NCBI GenBank assembly: GCA_041483895.1 | Contig: JBGPGO010000021.1 | Coordinates: 1 to 53,278, forward strand | Length of the DNA stretch: 53,278 nt | Origin: Fimbriimonadia bacterium | GTDB taxonomy: Bacteria; Armatimonadota; Fimbriimonadia; Fimbriimonadales; JABRVX01 | Direction: 5' to 3' | Part shown: in pieces, positions 9,881-25,156 of the stretch | Numbering within the stretch: position 1 is the stretch's first letter | Layout: each line of letters begins with the position of its first letter | Program-made: the position numbers and the translations under genes | Notes under the pieces: model-generated | Told to the model about the DNA's origin: nothing | What the model saw: only the letters and a program-made list of their open reading frames with translations | The model's database searches: none

Positions 9881-9930
9881 CATCTTAATCCCCTCCCCCG
9901 CTTGCGGGGGAGGGTTAGGGTGGGGGTCTT
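9881..9930 (-). repeat. Intergenic copy of the aroE palindromic repeat
   Basis: Reverse complement aagacccccaccctaaccctcccccgcaagcgggggaggggattaagatg matches 4670-4720. Confidence 0.85.
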
Positions 9931-10008
9931 TGTCATGCTGAGCCCGTCGAAGCATCCCTTACTTCGGGGGCGGGGGGAAAGGGACCCTTTGACAGGCTCA
10001 GGGTGACG
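9931..10008. repeat. Inverted pair of CGTC-type REP-like repeats overlapping the gmhB stop
   Basis: tgtcatgctgagcccgtcgaag (9931-9952) and the reverse complement cgtcaccctgagcctgtcaaag (9987-10008). Confidence 0.65.
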
Positions 10009-10546
10009 GAGGACGCAAAATGAACTCCACGGCCTCCGCCAGGGTAGGGAAGACCGCCTCCGGCTGGGCAGGCAGGGAAGGGACGTCCTCCGGCCGGGTG
10101 TGGCCGGTGAGGACCAAGAGAGACCGGCAGCCGGCGGCATGGGCGGCAACCACGTCCTTCCATGTGTCGCCGACGTAGAACGTTTCGGAGAGCTCAAGTG
10201 CGAACTCCCGCTGCAGGTCCAGAATCATCCCTGGCTTCGGCTTGCGGCAGTCGCATCCGTCGGAGGAGAGGTGCCGGCAGTAGCGGAAGGCCGCGATCTC
10301 CCCGCCGGCCTCGACAACCGCCGAACGAATTGCCCGCTCGATGGCCTGGAGGTCCTCTTCCTGAACATGCCCGCGCCCGACTCCCTGCTGGTTGGAGACG
10401 ACCGCGATCCGGAACCCGGCCCGGCACAAGCGCGCGATGGCCGGGGGCGCCCATGGAAAAATGACCAACTCGCCTACGTTCTTTACATAGTCGTCCCGGT
10501 CGGCGTTGATCACCCCATCCCGGTCCAGTAGAACAAATCGGTCCAT
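9998..10546 (-). CDS. gmhB: D-glycero-D-manno-heptose 1,7-bisphosphate phosphatase (HAD IIIA)
   Basis: LDRDGVIN, VSNQQG, C.H....CDCRKPKPGM, VGD...DV.A and VLTG. Confidence 0.85.
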   Translation of the reverse strand: MDRFVLLDRDGVINADRDDYVKNVGELVIFPWAPPAIARLCRAGFRIAVVSNQQGVGRGHVQEEDLQAIERAIRSAVVEAGGEIAAFRYCRHLSSDGCDCRKPKPGMILDLQREFALELSETFYVGDTWKDVVAAHAAGCRSLLVLTGHTRPEDVPSLPAQPEAVFPTLAEAVEFILRPPSP

Positions 10547-10643
10547 TGGAGTCCATTATGGCTTGACTGTGTTGGGGTCTAGGCTGTCGTCATGCGGACG
10601 GCGTCTGAGGAAGTGAACCCCAACACATCAGGGCCATGCCGGA

Positions 10644-10672
10644 TTGACAGATTCCACGTTCCCGGATACAAT
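10644..10672 (+). promoter_or_regulatory. Sigma70-type promoter of the first prepilin gene
   Basis: TTGACA-N17-TACAAT upstream of GGAGG and ATG 10715. Confidence 0.7.
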
Positions 10673-10714
10673 AACGATATTCATTCCTATCGAAATCATA
10701 CGGAGGTCTTGAAA

Positions 10715-11527
10715 ATGCGTAGGCGAGCTTTCACGCTCATCGAACTTTTGGTTGTCATCGCAATCATCGCCATCCTAGCCGCCATCCTGTTCCCCGTGTT
10801 CGCGCAGGCAAGAAACGCGGCCAAGAAGACGGCCTGCATCAGCAACATGAAGCAGATCCTGTATGCCCACAGAATGTATTGTGACGATTGGTATGGCTAC
10901 CTAATGGGTGGTCGCGAGCATGGCCTTCCGCCCAATTGGGCCATCGAAAAAATGTGGCCCTCGTTCCTCCAACCATACGCCAAGAGCAAGGATGTATATC
11001 TTTGTCCGGCAGAGGCTCAAACACACTATACGGATCGCGGCGATGAAAGCCCATACAACAACCGTGGCTGGCTTTCCATCGGCTACAACGCCAGCGTTTC
11101 CATTTGGTACAACCCCGGCCCCAACACGCTGGTAAGGGTCAAGCAGCAGAGGATCAAGATGCCCGCGAAGACCGTCCTGTTCGCCGATACCCTGTCGGGT
11201 AGCGTTCGTGATACAACATGGCCGTACTACGGGTATTGCGCTGAAAACGTCGGGATCAACAAAGCGTATGAGGGCGAAGGCTCACCGTCCGCGGGCTGCC
11301 GGCTCGCCGATCGACATACCGGCAGAGACCAGGTTTCGAGACCGAGCGCCGTGGTCAACCTCGGGCTGTTCGACGCCCACGTCAAGTCTTATTCCTGGAG
11401 CTTCATTAGGGCGCATCCGGAAAGGGTGCCAAGCACGGGCGGCTGTGATCCAACCTATGACTATGGCGACTTTAATGACGCTGATCTGAAGTGGATGCTC
11501 TGGCGCGACTGCCACAATCCGAACTAG
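10715..11527 (+). CDS. Prepilin-type N-terminal cleavage/methylation protein (DUF1559-like)
   Basis: [41 protein letters not shown]-terminal RH...N..FDAH. Confidence 0.88.
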   Translation: MRRRAFTLIELLVVIAIIAILAAILFPVFAQARNAAKKTACISNMKQILYAHRMYCDDWYGYLMGGREHGLPPNWAIEKMWPSFLQPYAKSKDVYLCPAEAQTHYTDRGDESPYNNRGWLSIGYNASVSIWYNPGPNTLVRVKQQRIKMPAKTVLFADTLSGSVRDTTWPYYGYCAENVGINKAYEGEGSPSAGCRLADRHTGRDQVSRPSAVVNLGLFDAHVKSYSWSFIRAHPERVPSTGGCDPTYDYGDFNDADLKWMLWRDCHNPN

Positions 11528-11530
11528 GCC

Positions 11531-11716
11531 ATGACAGATACTACAAAGAAACTCCTCATGGTCTTGGCCGTTCTCGTCGTCGTCGGCGCGGTAGTTTTCA
11601 TCGTCATGGGAGGGATGTCAGGCATGAACGGTCCCGAGCGGGCGAAAGGTGAGACGGTCAAAATACCGGGCGGTGGGGCGGGGGCCCGGGCCGCTCCGCC
11701 CGGCGCCGGGGATTAG
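11531..11716 (+). CDS. Small single-pass membrane protein
   Basis: 61 aa with KK, a hydrophobic helix and a Gly/Pro tail; starts 3 nt after the prepilin stop. Confidence 0.65.
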   Translation: MTDTTKKLLMVLAVLVVVGAVVFIVMGGMSGMNGPERAKGETVKIPGGGAGARAAPPGAGD

Positions 11717-11913
11717 CTTTGCCGTTCCCAGGGACGCTTCGGTAGCGGTGCAAGGCTCCCGGCCTGGGCCGAGAGCCGAAGAGCTTAGAGTCTCCTTGAG
11801 GATTTGGCCGATAATTCTTTTGGCAAGTTGGCCAAATTTGAGATAGAATGTATTATTAGCGCGGCTGGACAGCCGAGGTGTACGTTCTCTTTCATTCAGG
11901 AGGCAATCATCCT

Positions 11914-12690
11914 ATGCGTCGATACGCATTTACTCTCATTGAACTGTTGGTCGTTATCGCAATCATCGCCATATTGGCAGCGATTCTCTTTCCCGTATTC
12001 GCCCGGGCTCGGCTCCAGGCGATGACGACTTCAGATATTTCCAATCAAAATCAGATTGGAAAAGCCCACATCATGTATAGCGACGACAACGGTGGTCAGA
12101 TGGTCATTAGGGCCTATTACCACGACGTGACGGGAGCGCCCTATCCAAAGACACCTATTTGGATTGGCCTCCTAAAACCATACACCAAGGACAAAGGCGT
12201 CTACGCCGACCCTACGGCCAAGGGCACCATTTATGGGCAAACGTGGGAGACACGGCAGCACAACTCGATCGGTCTCAATACGAACATCAGCGGTTGGTAC
12301 AACACTCAAACTCTCAAGCTTGTGATCGTTTCGATGCGGAAAATGAGGTACCCGACAAAGGTCGTCTTCAATGCTGACGGCTGTCCCGTCAATCCCCTCG
12401 ATCCCAGTCGAGACGTTAACTGTAGGGGTTATTTGGCTGACAACCAGAACAACACCAACGAATGCGGCCTTTCAGCCGCAACGACCGGGTTGGGCGCCCG
12501 TCATAGCGGGAGTGGCAGCGGTGGGACCGTTGTTCAGTTCATGGACGGTCATAGCAAGAAATATGATGTCAAACGGATTCTCCCCAATGGGCAACCGCCA
12601 CCGAGCACTTGCTGGCAGCAGGCCTATGTAGATATGAACGATGCCCATGTCAAGTGGCTGGTAATTGATGACTGCGTTTGGTGGGACTAG
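11914..12690 (+). CDS. Prepilin-type N-terminal cleavage/methylation protein (DUF1559-like)
   Basis: [35 protein letters not shown]...FMDGH motif; AGGAGG RBS. Confidence 0.88.
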   Translation: MRRYAFTLIELLVVIAIIAILAAILFPVFARARLQAMTTSDISNQNQIGKAHIMYSDDNGGQMVIRAYYHDVTGAPYPKTPIWIGLLKPYTKDKGVYADPTAKGTIYGQTWETRQHNSIGLNTNISGWYNTQTLKLVIVSMRKMRYPTKVVFNADGCPVNPLDPSRDVNCRGYLADNQNNTNECGLSAATTGLGARHSGSGSGGTVVQFMDGHSKKYDVKRILPNGQPPPSTCWQQAYVDMNDAHVKWLVIDDCVWWD

Positions 12691-12813
12691 TCTATTCGGG
12701 GTAGTAATGCTTGCCAGGGCGCTAAAGACTTGGCGCCCTGGTGATTCCGATAGGATTAGGAAGATTGCATTCCGTGCCCGATTGCGCGCCATTCTTACGG
12801 AGCTAAGAAACTT

Positions 12814-13017
12814 ATGAACAGGAATTCTTCCATTTTTGCGATCATTGCAGCAATCGTTATTATCGTCGCCGCGTTCTTCATTTACAAGAATGTTACTGGC
12901 GGAGGTGGCTCAGAGGCAACTGCAGTCGTGAAGCCGAAGAGCCCCAAAGATACCAACCCGAACTGGAGCCCAGATACAAACCGTCCGCCAGAGTTAGGCA
13001 AGGCTGGCGGCGGATAG
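12814..13017 (+). CDS. Small single-pass membrane protein
   Basis: 67 aa with an N-terminal TM helix and a Pro/Gly/Lys tail; same layout as 11531..11716. Confidence 0.65.
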   Translation: MNRNSSIFAIIAAIVIIVAAFFIYKNVTGGGGSEATAVVKPKSPKDTNPNWSPDTNRPPELGKAGGG

Positions 13018-13039
13018 AACGAAAAAGATTTTCAACCTG

Positions 13040-13069
13040 TTGACAATCCCAGATTTGACTGGGTAACAT
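13040..13069 (+). promoter_or_regulatory. Candidate rpoBC promoter
   Basis: TTGACA-N18-TAACAT upstream of GGAGGAGG and the rpoB ATG. Confidence 0.5.
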
Positions 13070-13140
13070 GACCTTTCTGTGCCGCAGGTGCCGTCTGCCG
13101 GTCGTTTGTCTGTCCGCGCCAATGTCGGAGGAGGGTCCGA

Positions 13141-17127
<3,987 letters not shown>

Positions 17128-17170
17128 TCACGGTTTTTGCAGCAATCGCTGGAGAGGAAATTAGTTACAT

Positions 17171-20100
17171 ATGGCTGATGTCAGTCTCTTTGACAAGATA
17201 AAAATTGCCATCGCGTCTCCCGAAGACATCGTTTCTTGGAGCCACGGAGAGGTCAAGAAACCGGAGACCATCAACTATCGCACATTTAAGCCGGAACGGG
17301 ACGGTCTGTTCTGCGAAAAGATATTCGGTCCGGTCAAAGACTGGGAGTGCCATTGCGGCCGCTACAAGAAGGTCAAGTATAAGGGCATCATCTGCGAGCG
17401 CTGCGGCGTGGAAGTGTGCCGGCAGAAGGTTCGTCGCGAGCGCATGGGGCATATCGAGTTGGCCGCGCCCGTCTGCCACATTTGGTACCTAAAAGGCGTT
17501 CCTAGCCCGGTCAGCCTGGTGCTCGATATTTCACCGCGCCTTCTGGAAAAGGTGTGCTATTTCGCTTCATTTATTGTGATCGATATCGATCACGACGGAA
17601 TCGAACAGCACCTGCCGGAGATTCAGCAGGCCATCGAGTATGAGAAGGTCGCCATCGAAGAGGGCGGCAAGCAGATGGAGGAGACCATCCGCGACCAGTT
17701 CGCCGAAGAGATTTCGGAGAATAAGGATGTCTACGACGAGCAGCACATCAAGGACCGGACGAAGGCGATCAACGACCGGATCAAGGCCGAATATCGAGAA
17801 TCGGAAGAGCGCCAACAGGAGCTGACGGTCGCCATCGAGATCCTCCAAAAGCTGGAGCGCAGGCAGTTGATCGAAGAGGACAAGTTCCGCGCGGTCGACC
17901 GCATGCTGGACGTCGCGGGCCGCCGGACCGGCAACGACTTTAGTCACCTACTTCGGGCGGGGATCGGCGCGGCTGCTGTCAACGACCTGCTTGCCCAGGT
18001 TGATTTGGAGAAGCTCGCGCGAGAATTGCGGCATGAGATTGTCAGCACGCAGGGACCGCGACGCGCGCGCGCCATCAAGCGGCTGGAAATCGCCGAGGCG
18101 CTGCACAAGTCGCGCAGCCGGCCCGAGTGGATGGTGCTGACCAACGTCCCGGTCATTTCGCCGGAGCTAAGGCCCATGGTCCAGCTCGACGGCGGTCGCT
18201 TCGCCACGTCCGATCTCAATGACCTGTATCGGCGAATCATCAACCGCAACAACCGGCTTAAGAAGATCATCGAAATTCGGGCGCCGGAAAGCATCATCAA
18301 CCACGAGAAGCGGCTCTTGCAGGAAGCAGTGGACGCCCTGATCGACAATGGGCGCCGTACCCGGCCGGTTGTTGGCAGCAACAATCGCCCGCTGAAATCA
18401 CTGTCCGACATGCTGAAGGGGAAAGAAGGACGGTTCCGAAAGAACCTGCTCGGAAAGCGCGTTGACTATTCCGGGCGCTCGGTCATCGTCGTCGGCCCGC
18501 ACCTGAGTCTGCACCAATGCGGCCTGCCGAAAGAGATGGCGCTGGAACTGTTCAAGCCGCTGGTTATGAAAACGCTGGTCGAGCGGCGGGTGACGCAGAA
18601 CATCAAGAGCGCCAAGCGGCTGATCGACCGAATGCACCCGAGCGTGTGGGACAGCCTCGAAGAAGTGATCGCGGAGCATCCGGTACTGCTCAACCGAGCC
18701 CCCACTCTGCACCGGTTGGGTATTCAAGCCTTCCAGCCCGTGCTCGTGGACGGCAAAGCGATCCAGGTCCATCCGATGGTGTGCCACGCCTACAACGCGG
18801 ACTTCGACGGCGACCAGATGGCCGTGCATATCCCGCTGTCCGCCAACGCGCAGGCCGAGGCTCGCGTCCTGATGCTCTCGACCAACAACCTGTTCTCGCC
18901 GGCCAACGGACGACCCATCGTGTCGCCGATTCAAGACATTGTGCTCGGCTCCTATTACATGACGATGCGCACAAACGATCTCAAGGCCGGGAATCGGACC
19001 TATGCCAACCCCGAAGAGGTGGACAGCCTCCGAGAACTCGGTCACCTCGACCTTCACCAGCCGATCAATGTCCGGGTGAAGAAGCCGGACAGCGAAGAGT
19101 TCAGCATCGTTGAGACTACGCCGGGACGCCTGGTGTTCAACGGCGTCCTGCCGCCGGCCATGCGGTACGGCGACGAGTACATCAACATGCTGCTCACCAA
19201 GAAGAACATCGCGCAGGTGATTAGCGATTGTCACAAGTTGTCGGGCTCTGAGGCGACTGTCCGATTGCTTGACTCGTTGAAGAATCTCGGCTTCAAATAC
19301 GCCACCGAATCGGGCATCACGATTTCGATGACCGACATGGATCCGCCCGACGAACGGCGGGAGATCATCCACAAGACGGAAGAGGCCGTTGAGAATCTTG
19401 GCCGGCAGTACGATCGCGGCATGATCACCACCGGTGAGCGACGCCAAAAGGTTTTGGAGCAGTGGATGGGGGCGTACGACAAGGTCGCCGCCGCAATCAT
19501 GAACGCCTTCGACCAATACAATCCGCTGAGCATCGTCACGGACTCCGGCGCGCGCGGTTCTGTCAAGCAGCTCACGCAGCTTGCCGGAATGCGAGGGTTG
19601 ATGTCCGATCCGTTTGGCAACATCATCGAGGACCTGCCGATTCGATCCAACTTCCACGAGGGGCTGTCGGTATTCGAGTATTTCGTTTCGACACACGGCG
19701 CCCGAAAGGGTCTCGCTGACACCGCCCTGCGAACCGCCGACGCCGGCTACCTGACGCGCCGACTGGTTGACGTTTCGCAAGACGTGATCATTCGCCAACA
19801 TGATTGCGGGACATTCGAAGGAATCGTCGTCGGCAGAATCGTCAACGAGGGCGAGGTCATCGAGAACCTGGGTGATCGCGTCGCGGGACGAACCACCTTG
19901 GTCGCGATTCATCATCCGGACACCAAAGAGCTGATCGTTGATCAGAACGCCGAGGTGACGGACGAGCAGGCCGAACTGGTCCATCAAATTGACGACACCT
20001 ATCACAAGGCGTTGGTAGCGTTTCGGGCCGAGCTCGACGCTACCAAGGACGCCAAAGCGATTGCGGACCTGGAAAAGAAGTGGGGCAAAGTCCAAGCGAA

Positions 20101-21811
20101 ATATGTCGCCGCCGGCTTCATCATCGGTGAGAAGCGGGTGCTGCAGACGCAGCTCCGGTCACCGCTAACGTGCGAGTTGGAGCAGGGAATCTGCGCCAAG
20201 TGCTACGGTCGCGACCTTGCCATCGGGCGGCTTGTCGAGATCGGATCCGCCGTCGGCATCATCGCCGCACAGTCCATCGGCGAGCCCGGAACGCAGCTCA
20301 CGATGCGCACCTTCCATACAGGAGGCGTGGCCGGACTGGGAACCCTGACCGGCGTCAAGGACGTCAAGCGACAGCGCGGCGCCAGCATTCGAGAAATCAT
20401 GTCCGACCAGGACCTGGGTCTGCTGCAGTTTAGCGAAGGCGAGCTGTTGGACCTGCGCGGCGAACAGCATCGCATCCTGAGCGAAGTCGTGGCGTTCGAA
20501 GCCCGGGCGGAAGGGACCGAAGGCAAGCCGAAAAAGGTCGTCAAGAAAAAGACCACGAAGCGCGCGAAGGCCGACTCACCGGAAGACGAATCTGATGAAA
20601 AGGTACATAAGGCGACCAAGTCGTGGATGTCCCAGTTGGTCAAGCTGCTGGAGACCGAAATCTCCGGTATCAACCGGGTTGAGGAGCTGTTCGAAGCGCG
20701 CCATCCAAAGGGCGAGGCGATCATCACCGACATCGGCGGCGTTGTGATGAACATCCACCGCGGAAATCGTGGCCGATGGGTGGTTATCGAGGGCGAAGTC
20801 AACATTGTTGACCGCAGTCCCAGCGGTAAGTTCGTGGCCGTCGACATCCTAAACCCGAAGTCCGGCGATATCGAGCTGGAGGCAGGCACGGAGCTGACGG
20901 ACCGAATCATCGTGAAGCTTCGCGCGGTCGGCGTGACGAATATCAAGGTGGTAGACCTAATCCTCGTTCCGTACCGCGGGACGCTGGAGGTCAAAGAGCA
21001 CGAGCAGATCAATCCGTCCGACCGGTTGACACTCGGTCCGCTGGACCCGCATAAGGTGCTCAGCCTTCGGGGCGTGCGCGGCGTGCAGGAATATCTGGTC
21101 CGCGAGATCCAGTCGGTCTATAAGGCGCAGGGCGTAGATATCAACGATAAGCACATCGAGGTCATCACGCGGCAGATGTTGCGCAAGCGCAAGATCTTCG
21201 AGCCGGGTGATACGCCGTTCCTGCCGGGCCAGATCGTGGACCGATTCGTGCTCAAACGCGAGAACGACAAGATCCGGATCATGCGTGAAAAGGACATCAA
21301 GCTGCGCTACGCCGATCCGGATACCGGCAACCAGAAAGAGCGCGATCCGAAAGAGGCAACCGCTTCTTGGGTCCTCCTTGGAATTACGGAGTCCTCACTT
21401 GCGACCGAGAGCTTCCTGTCCGCGGCGAGCTTCCAAAAGACGACGCGCGTTCTTACCGACGCGGCGGTGCGTGGCAAGGAAGACAATCTCGTCGGCCTGA
21501 AGGAGAACGTGATTATCGGGCGCCTGATCCCGGCGGGCACCGGCTTCCCGGCCTATCGCAACATTACGATCGATGTCGACAAGGCGCCGGATTGGGCCGA
21601 GCGCTCCCTGGCCGCGTTGGTCGAGCCGGCCCTATCGACGGACGATCTGGACGATGATCTGGAACAGTTCGGCAGTGGTCTAACGCTGTCGGAGCTTGCC
21701 GATTCTCAGGACGACAACTTCGAGAAAAACGGGGACGGGGTGAGCGATCAGGCCATCGTTGAGTTCCCTAGACCGGCGGAAAACCCCGCACCCGCCGACG
21801 CCGATAAGTAG
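17171..21811 (+). CDS. rpoC: DNA-directed RNA polymerase subunit beta'
   Basis: N-terminal Zn finger, NADFDGDQM active site, [23 protein letters not shown] and [17 protein letters not shown]. Confidence 0.99.
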   Translation: MADVSLFDKIKIAIASPEDIVSWSHGEVKKPETINYRTFKPERDGLFCEKIFGPVKDWECHCGRYKKVKYKGIICERCGVEVCRQKVRRERMGHIELAAPVCHIWYLKGVPSPVSLVLDISPRLLEKVCYFASFIVIDIDHDGIEQHLPEIQQAIEYEKVAIEEGGKQMEETIRDQFAEEISENKDVYDEQHIKDRTKAINDRIKAEYRESEERQQELTVAIEILQKLERRQLIEEDKFRAVDRMLDVAGRRTGNDFSHLLRAGIGAAAVNDLLAQVDLEKLARELRHEIVSTQGPRRARAIKRLEIAEALHKSRSRPEWMVLTNVPVISPELRPMVQLDGGRFATSDLNDLYRRIINRNNRLKKIIEIRAPESIINHEKRLLQEAVDALIDNGRRTRPVVGSNNRPLKSLSDMLKGKEGRFRKNLLGKRVDYSGRSVIVVGPHLSLHQCGLPKEMALELFKPLVMKTLVERRVTQNIKSAKRLIDRMHPSVWDSLEEVIAEHPVLLNRAPTLHRLGIQAFQPVLVDGKAIQVHPMVCHAYNADFDGDQMAVHIPLSANAQAEARVLMLSTNNLFSPANGRPIVSPIQDIVLGSYYMTMRTNDLKAGNRTYANPEEVDSLRELGHLDLHQPINVRVKKPDSEEFSIVETTPGRLVFNGVLPPAMRYGDEYINMLLTKKNIAQVISDCHKLSGSEATVRLLDSLKNLGFKYATESGITISMTDMDPPDERREIIHKTEEAVENLGRQYDRGMITTGERRQKVLEQWMGAYDKVAAAIMNAFDQYNPLSIVTDSGARGSVKQLTQLAGMRGLMSDPFGNIIEDLPIRSNFHEGLSVFEYFVSTHGARKGLADTALRTADAGYLTRRLVDVSQDVIIRQHDCGTFEGIVVGRIVNEGEVIENLGDRVAGRTTLVAIHHPDTKELIVDQNAEVTDEQAELVHQIDDTYHKALVAFRAELDATKDAKAIADLEKKWGKVQAKYVAAGFIIGEKRVLQTQLRSPLTCELEQGICAKCYGRDLAIGRLVEIGSAVGIIAAQSIGEPGTQLTMRTFHTGGVAGLGTLTGVKDVKRQRGASIREIMSDQDLGLLQFSEGELLDLRGEQHRILSEVVAFEARAEGTEGKPKKVVKKKTTKRAKADSPEDESDEKVHKATKSWMSQLVKLLETEISGINRVEELFEARHPKGEAIITDIGGVVMNIHRGNRGRWVVIEGEVNIVDRSPSGKFVAVDILNPKSGDIELEAGTELTDRIIVKLRAVGVTNIKVVDLILVPYRGTLEVKEHEQINPSDRLTLGPLDPHKVLSLRGVRGVQEYLVREIQSVYKAQGVDINDKHIEVITRQMLRKRKIFEPGDTPFLPGQIVDRFVLKRENDKIRIMREKDIKLRYADPDTGNQKERDPKEATASWVLLGITESSLATESFLSAASFQKTTRVLTDAAVRGKEDNLVGLKENVIIGRLIPAGTGFPAYRNITIDVDKAPDWAERSLAALVEPALSTDDLDDDLEQFGSGLTLSELADSQDDNFEKNGDGVSDQAIVEFPRPAENPAPADADK

Positions 21812-21816
21812 CGACA

Positions 21817-21858
21817 TCCCTCAACAGGTCCTCTGCACAGCGACACGACCTGTTGAGG
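21817..21858 (+). repeat. REP hairpin copy 1 (expanded loop); may double as the rpoC terminator
   Basis: tccctcaacaggtc...gacctgttgagg, 5 nt after the rpoC stop. Confidence 0.75.
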
Positions 21859-22230
21859 TATCATTTTGGTAGGTCCGCTCATCGCACTGCGAAAGTTACC
21901 GGTTTTTGCCTCTCGAACCGATCGGGCGGATTTGTGATGCAGGAAACCGAATCGGCGATCTTCGGTTCAAATGTAACTATAACTACAGCCGTGATCTTGC
22001 ATTGACCGCGTTTCTTCCTCCAATTGATCGGTTCCTCAACTTAAGGTCGCCCGTTTGCTCCTCAAAAGCGGCCACTTCGCGATTCAAGCCCTGATAAAAC
22101 TTCCATGGGGCTGATTTCGTCTGATCATTGAACAGCTCGTCCGGCGGGGGTACCGGGTGTGGCTGGATGGCTATATTCGGTGTATACTGCCGGCGGGTTG
22201 TTACTCAATTAAGAAAAGAGGACAACCACC

Positions 22231-23661
22231 ATGGTTCGATTAATTGCGTTGCTTATGATTGGGGGAGCGATGGCATCATCCTCTTCATTCGCTCAACTTT
22301 GGGGAACCTGGCCGATGGGCGGAAACGATATCTTCCACAGCGGAAGTTTCGCGTCCGCTAGCAGCCCGCCGACCTACACTTCCGGCGCGCAGAAGTGGGC
22401 AAAGACATTGCCCAATGGCGCCGTGGCGACAACCGGTGTAGTCATCGGCACGAAGGACGATCCAAACACCTACGAATATCGCTTCTATGTGGGAGCGAAC
22501 GACGATAAAGTGTACTGCTACCAGGTCAGCTATAGCGGCGGTACCTTCTCCGTTGGGACGGATCCGGTGTGGACCTACACGTGCGACGGCGATCCTGTCG
22601 GGACGCCGGTCCTTGCCGAGGCAACCGAAAACGAAATCCAAGTCCCCTGCGTGATTGTCAGCGACGCTGCGGGCCGCGTGCACTGCATCGACGCTTCCGA
22701 CGGCAGCAGGGTTTGGCGATCCTCCGGACTCACCGGCGCGAATGAGACGATCACCGGTCCAATTGTTGCCGACGACACGGTCTACGTTGGATGGGCCGAT
22801 ACCAGCGGTCACACGGGTAAGCTCATTTCCCTCTATCTGACAGACGGAACCGGGAAGTGGACGGGATCGGCCGCGGGCGAGATTGTGTCGACACCTGCGA
22901 TCGGTCGCGCAGCGGAAGCCGAGGAGGAACCGTATCCACCGATCTGGTACATTTACACCACATCGAAGAACGCGAGTTTGGAGAAGTGGGAGGATACAGC
23001 GGCGTACACATCCGCCGTAAAGCTGTGGGAGTACGACGCCCCAAGTGGATCCCAGACCTGCGATTCTTGGCCGATGCTGTCGGGGTCTTCGCGTATCTAC
23101 TTTTCCACCTACGACAACTCTAGTTCGGTCGGTCGAATCTATTCGGTCGACTTCTCTGGTCTCGGTAGGTGGACCGACCTAACCAACAACCGGGTGACGC
23201 AGGCGGAGGACTACAACGTCCCGCCGTCACAGCGTGACCTGGGCCGGCTCAACGCCAACATGGCCAATGACGAGGGCACGAACGCCAATCTCTTCCAGCT
23301 CACGATGGACGCTGGATCCGGGACTGGAAAGCCGACGGCGACCCGCATTCACGACTACAGAGCCGTGACTACGGGAGACCATAGAGCGAAGGGCTACGTG
23401 CAGGTGAAGATGAGCTCCGATTCGGACGAGCTCACATCGACGCCGATCTATCAAGCGCACCATTCAGGCAGCAAATACCTGTACTACATCTCAACGACCG
23501 GGAAGTTTTATGCCGCCGATCCGGGCGGCACCGCAATCATTAGCGGATTTCCCAAAACACTGAGTGAAACGATCCTTCGCCAGGATCTGGCGATGGACAA
23601 CGACGGAGCGATCGTCTTCGTAACGACTGACGGAGATATCAAGGCGTACTGGGGAGTTTAA
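22231..23661 (+). CDS. Secreted PQQ/BamB-like beta-propeller protein
   Basis: Signal peptide; repeated YVG...K.YC, G..VW and W.Y blade motifs (e.g. VHCIDASDGSRVW). Confidence 0.75.
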   Translation: MVRLIALLMIGGAMASSSSFAQLWGTWPMGGNDIFHSGSFASASSPPTYTSGAQKWAKTLPNGAVATTGVVIGTKDDPNTYEYRFYVGANDDKVYCYQVSYSGGTFSVGTDPVWTYTCDGDPVGTPVLAEATENEIQVPCVIVSDAAGRVHCIDASDGSRVWRSSGLTGANETITGPIVADDTVYVGWADTSGHTGKLISLYLTDGTGKWTGSAAGEIVSTPAIGRAAEAEEEPYPPIWYIYTTSKNASLEKWEDTAAYTSAVKLWEYDAPSGSQTCDSWPMLSGSSRIYFSTYDNSSSVGRIYSVDFSGLGRWTDLTNNRVTQAEDYNVPPSQRDLGRLNANMANDEGTNANLFQLTMDAGSGTGKPTATRIHDYRAVTTGDHRAKGYVQVKMSSDSDELTSTPIYQAHHSGSKYLYYISTTGKFYAADPGGTAIISGFPKTLSETILRQDLAMDNDGAIVFVTTDGDIKAYWGV

Positions 23662-23675
23662 TCCCCACTGACACT

Positions 23676-23695
23676 CGCGGCCCTTCGGGGCCGCG
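23676..23695 (+). terminator. GC hairpin with UUCG loop
   Basis: cgcggccc-ttcg-gggccgcg right after the stop; no U-tract, so it may be a stabilising hairpin rather than a terminator. Confidence 0.45.
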
Positions 23696-23728
23696 GGTCT
23701 CTACGTGGTGTCACCTGATTGGAGATGC

Positions 23729-25045
23729 ATGATGCGGTACATTGTTGGAATCATTTCGATACTTTTCTGCTTGGCATGCCAGGGCCAAAACCAATGGAAG
23801 CATGAACAATTGGTAAAGGGGACACAAGGAGCAGAAGGCTCCGAGCACACTCACTTCATTAACGCTCAGGGGATTCCTTGCTATACGACGATTGCCGCGG
23901 GTGGTTATCGTGACGCTTGGGAATACAAAACGAACCTCAACTTCAAGTATCTGGGACCGAACAGCAATGGCTACACATTCGGGATCAATGACGCCGGTCA
24001 AGTGGCATGGGAAGGCGGCACGAGCGCCTCGATCTCAGTCAACGTCGATGGACACGACTTCTACGGCCCGCTGTTCCCTCCGGATCCGACGCAAGACCGC
24101 GTCGCGATTCGAGGGCTTGATGACGCGGGCAATCCTTTGTGGATGTGGCTAAAATCCGGCGTTACGCGAGTCTTCCGTGGCGGCCAGGAGATATCGGGTG
24201 GCGCGGCAATCTCCAACGTTATGCTGTACGGAATTAACGGAGGGGGCGACACGCTCTATCGGGCGGCAACGTACGACGATCAAGGAGACTACTATAACGA
24301 TCTCTACAAGAATGGCTCCAACATAACGGCGGACCTGCTCGGGCCAACGAGAGTGGTGCAGGTTGGCACGCTGGGCTCAAGTGGAAGCGTGCTTTGGGAT
24401 GCGCTCGGCTCAACGACGAACGGCATTTTCGACCTGTTCCTCGACAATCAAAACCTCACCGCCGGCAAATTCCCGACAATGAAGGCGGCTCACCCCGAGG
24501 GTATCAATTCAAACAACGACTTTATCTGGATTCGCATCGACAAGGATAATACCGACCACATGATGAAAGGGATGGAGGACATCTCGGCAGGGGTCCCGGG
24601 ATTGGACATCGGGGGCATCCAACAGAACAAGAATTTCATCAACGATCGGGGAGATGTCTTATGGAATGCCTTGGATCGAAACTTTGGCAATATCGCGATT
24701 CTCAATGGCAAGAATCTAACAACGGATGTCGTGGGCATCGCCACTGACTTCAATGTGACGGGGATTGATCGCTTTGGGAACGGCGTCTGGTACGCGGCTG
24801 GTCCCAAAGTTCCTGTGCGAAGCGTGTTTGTCAATCAGTTCAATCTTTCCGCGGACGCGTACGGCGGATTCAATTATCGCGCAGCACGCTCCCTGGCCGT
24901 CGGCGTGAACGGACAGGTGCTTTGGGAGGGCGCGGACCTCGACGGCACCGCCTCCGTGTGGCTCTCCTCCCCTGTCCCGGAACCCGGCGTGGTTTTCGGC
25001 CTAACGATCTTGGCTGGGTTCGGACTGCGCCGCCGCCTAGGATAA
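23729..25045 (+). CDS. PEP-CTERM sorting-domain surface protein
   Basis: Signal peptide, repeated IN..G.V.W motifs and C-terminal VPEP-TM-RRR. Confidence 0.85.
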   Translation: MMRYIVGIISILFCLACQGQNQWKHEQLVKGTQGAEGSEHTHFINAQGIPCYTTIAAGGYRDAWEYKTNLNFKYLGPNSNGYTFGINDAGQVAWEGGTSASISVNVDGHDFYGPLFPPDPTQDRVAIRGLDDAGNPLWMWLKSGVTRVFRGGQEISGGAAISNVMLYGINGGGDTLYRAATYDDQGDYYNDLYKNGSNITADLLGPTRVVQVGTLGSSGSVLWDALGSTTNGIFDLFLDNQNLTAGKFPTMKAAHPEGINSNNDFIWIRIDKDNTDHMMKGMEDISAGVPGLDIGGIQQNKNFINDRGDVLWNALDRNFGNIAILNGKNLTTDVVGIATDFNVTGIDRFGNGVWYAAGPKVPVRSVFVNQFNLSADAYGGFNYRAARSLAVGVNGQVLWEGADLDGTASVWLSSPVPEPGVVFGLTILAGFGLRRRLG

Positions 25046-25067
25046 AGCAGCCGAATACCGGGCACTG

Positions 25068-25094
25068 TCCCTCAGCAGGTCGTCCTGCTGAGGG
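25068..25094 (+). repeat. REP hairpin copy 2
   Basis: tccctcagcaggtcgtcctgctgaggg, with a compensatory A-T to G-C stem change. Confidence 0.8.
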
Positions 25095-25156
25095 GTGAAC
25101 CGGCGTCACCTGCTGAACATGGTAATAAGCTCCACAATTAACAGTGGAGAACAACC

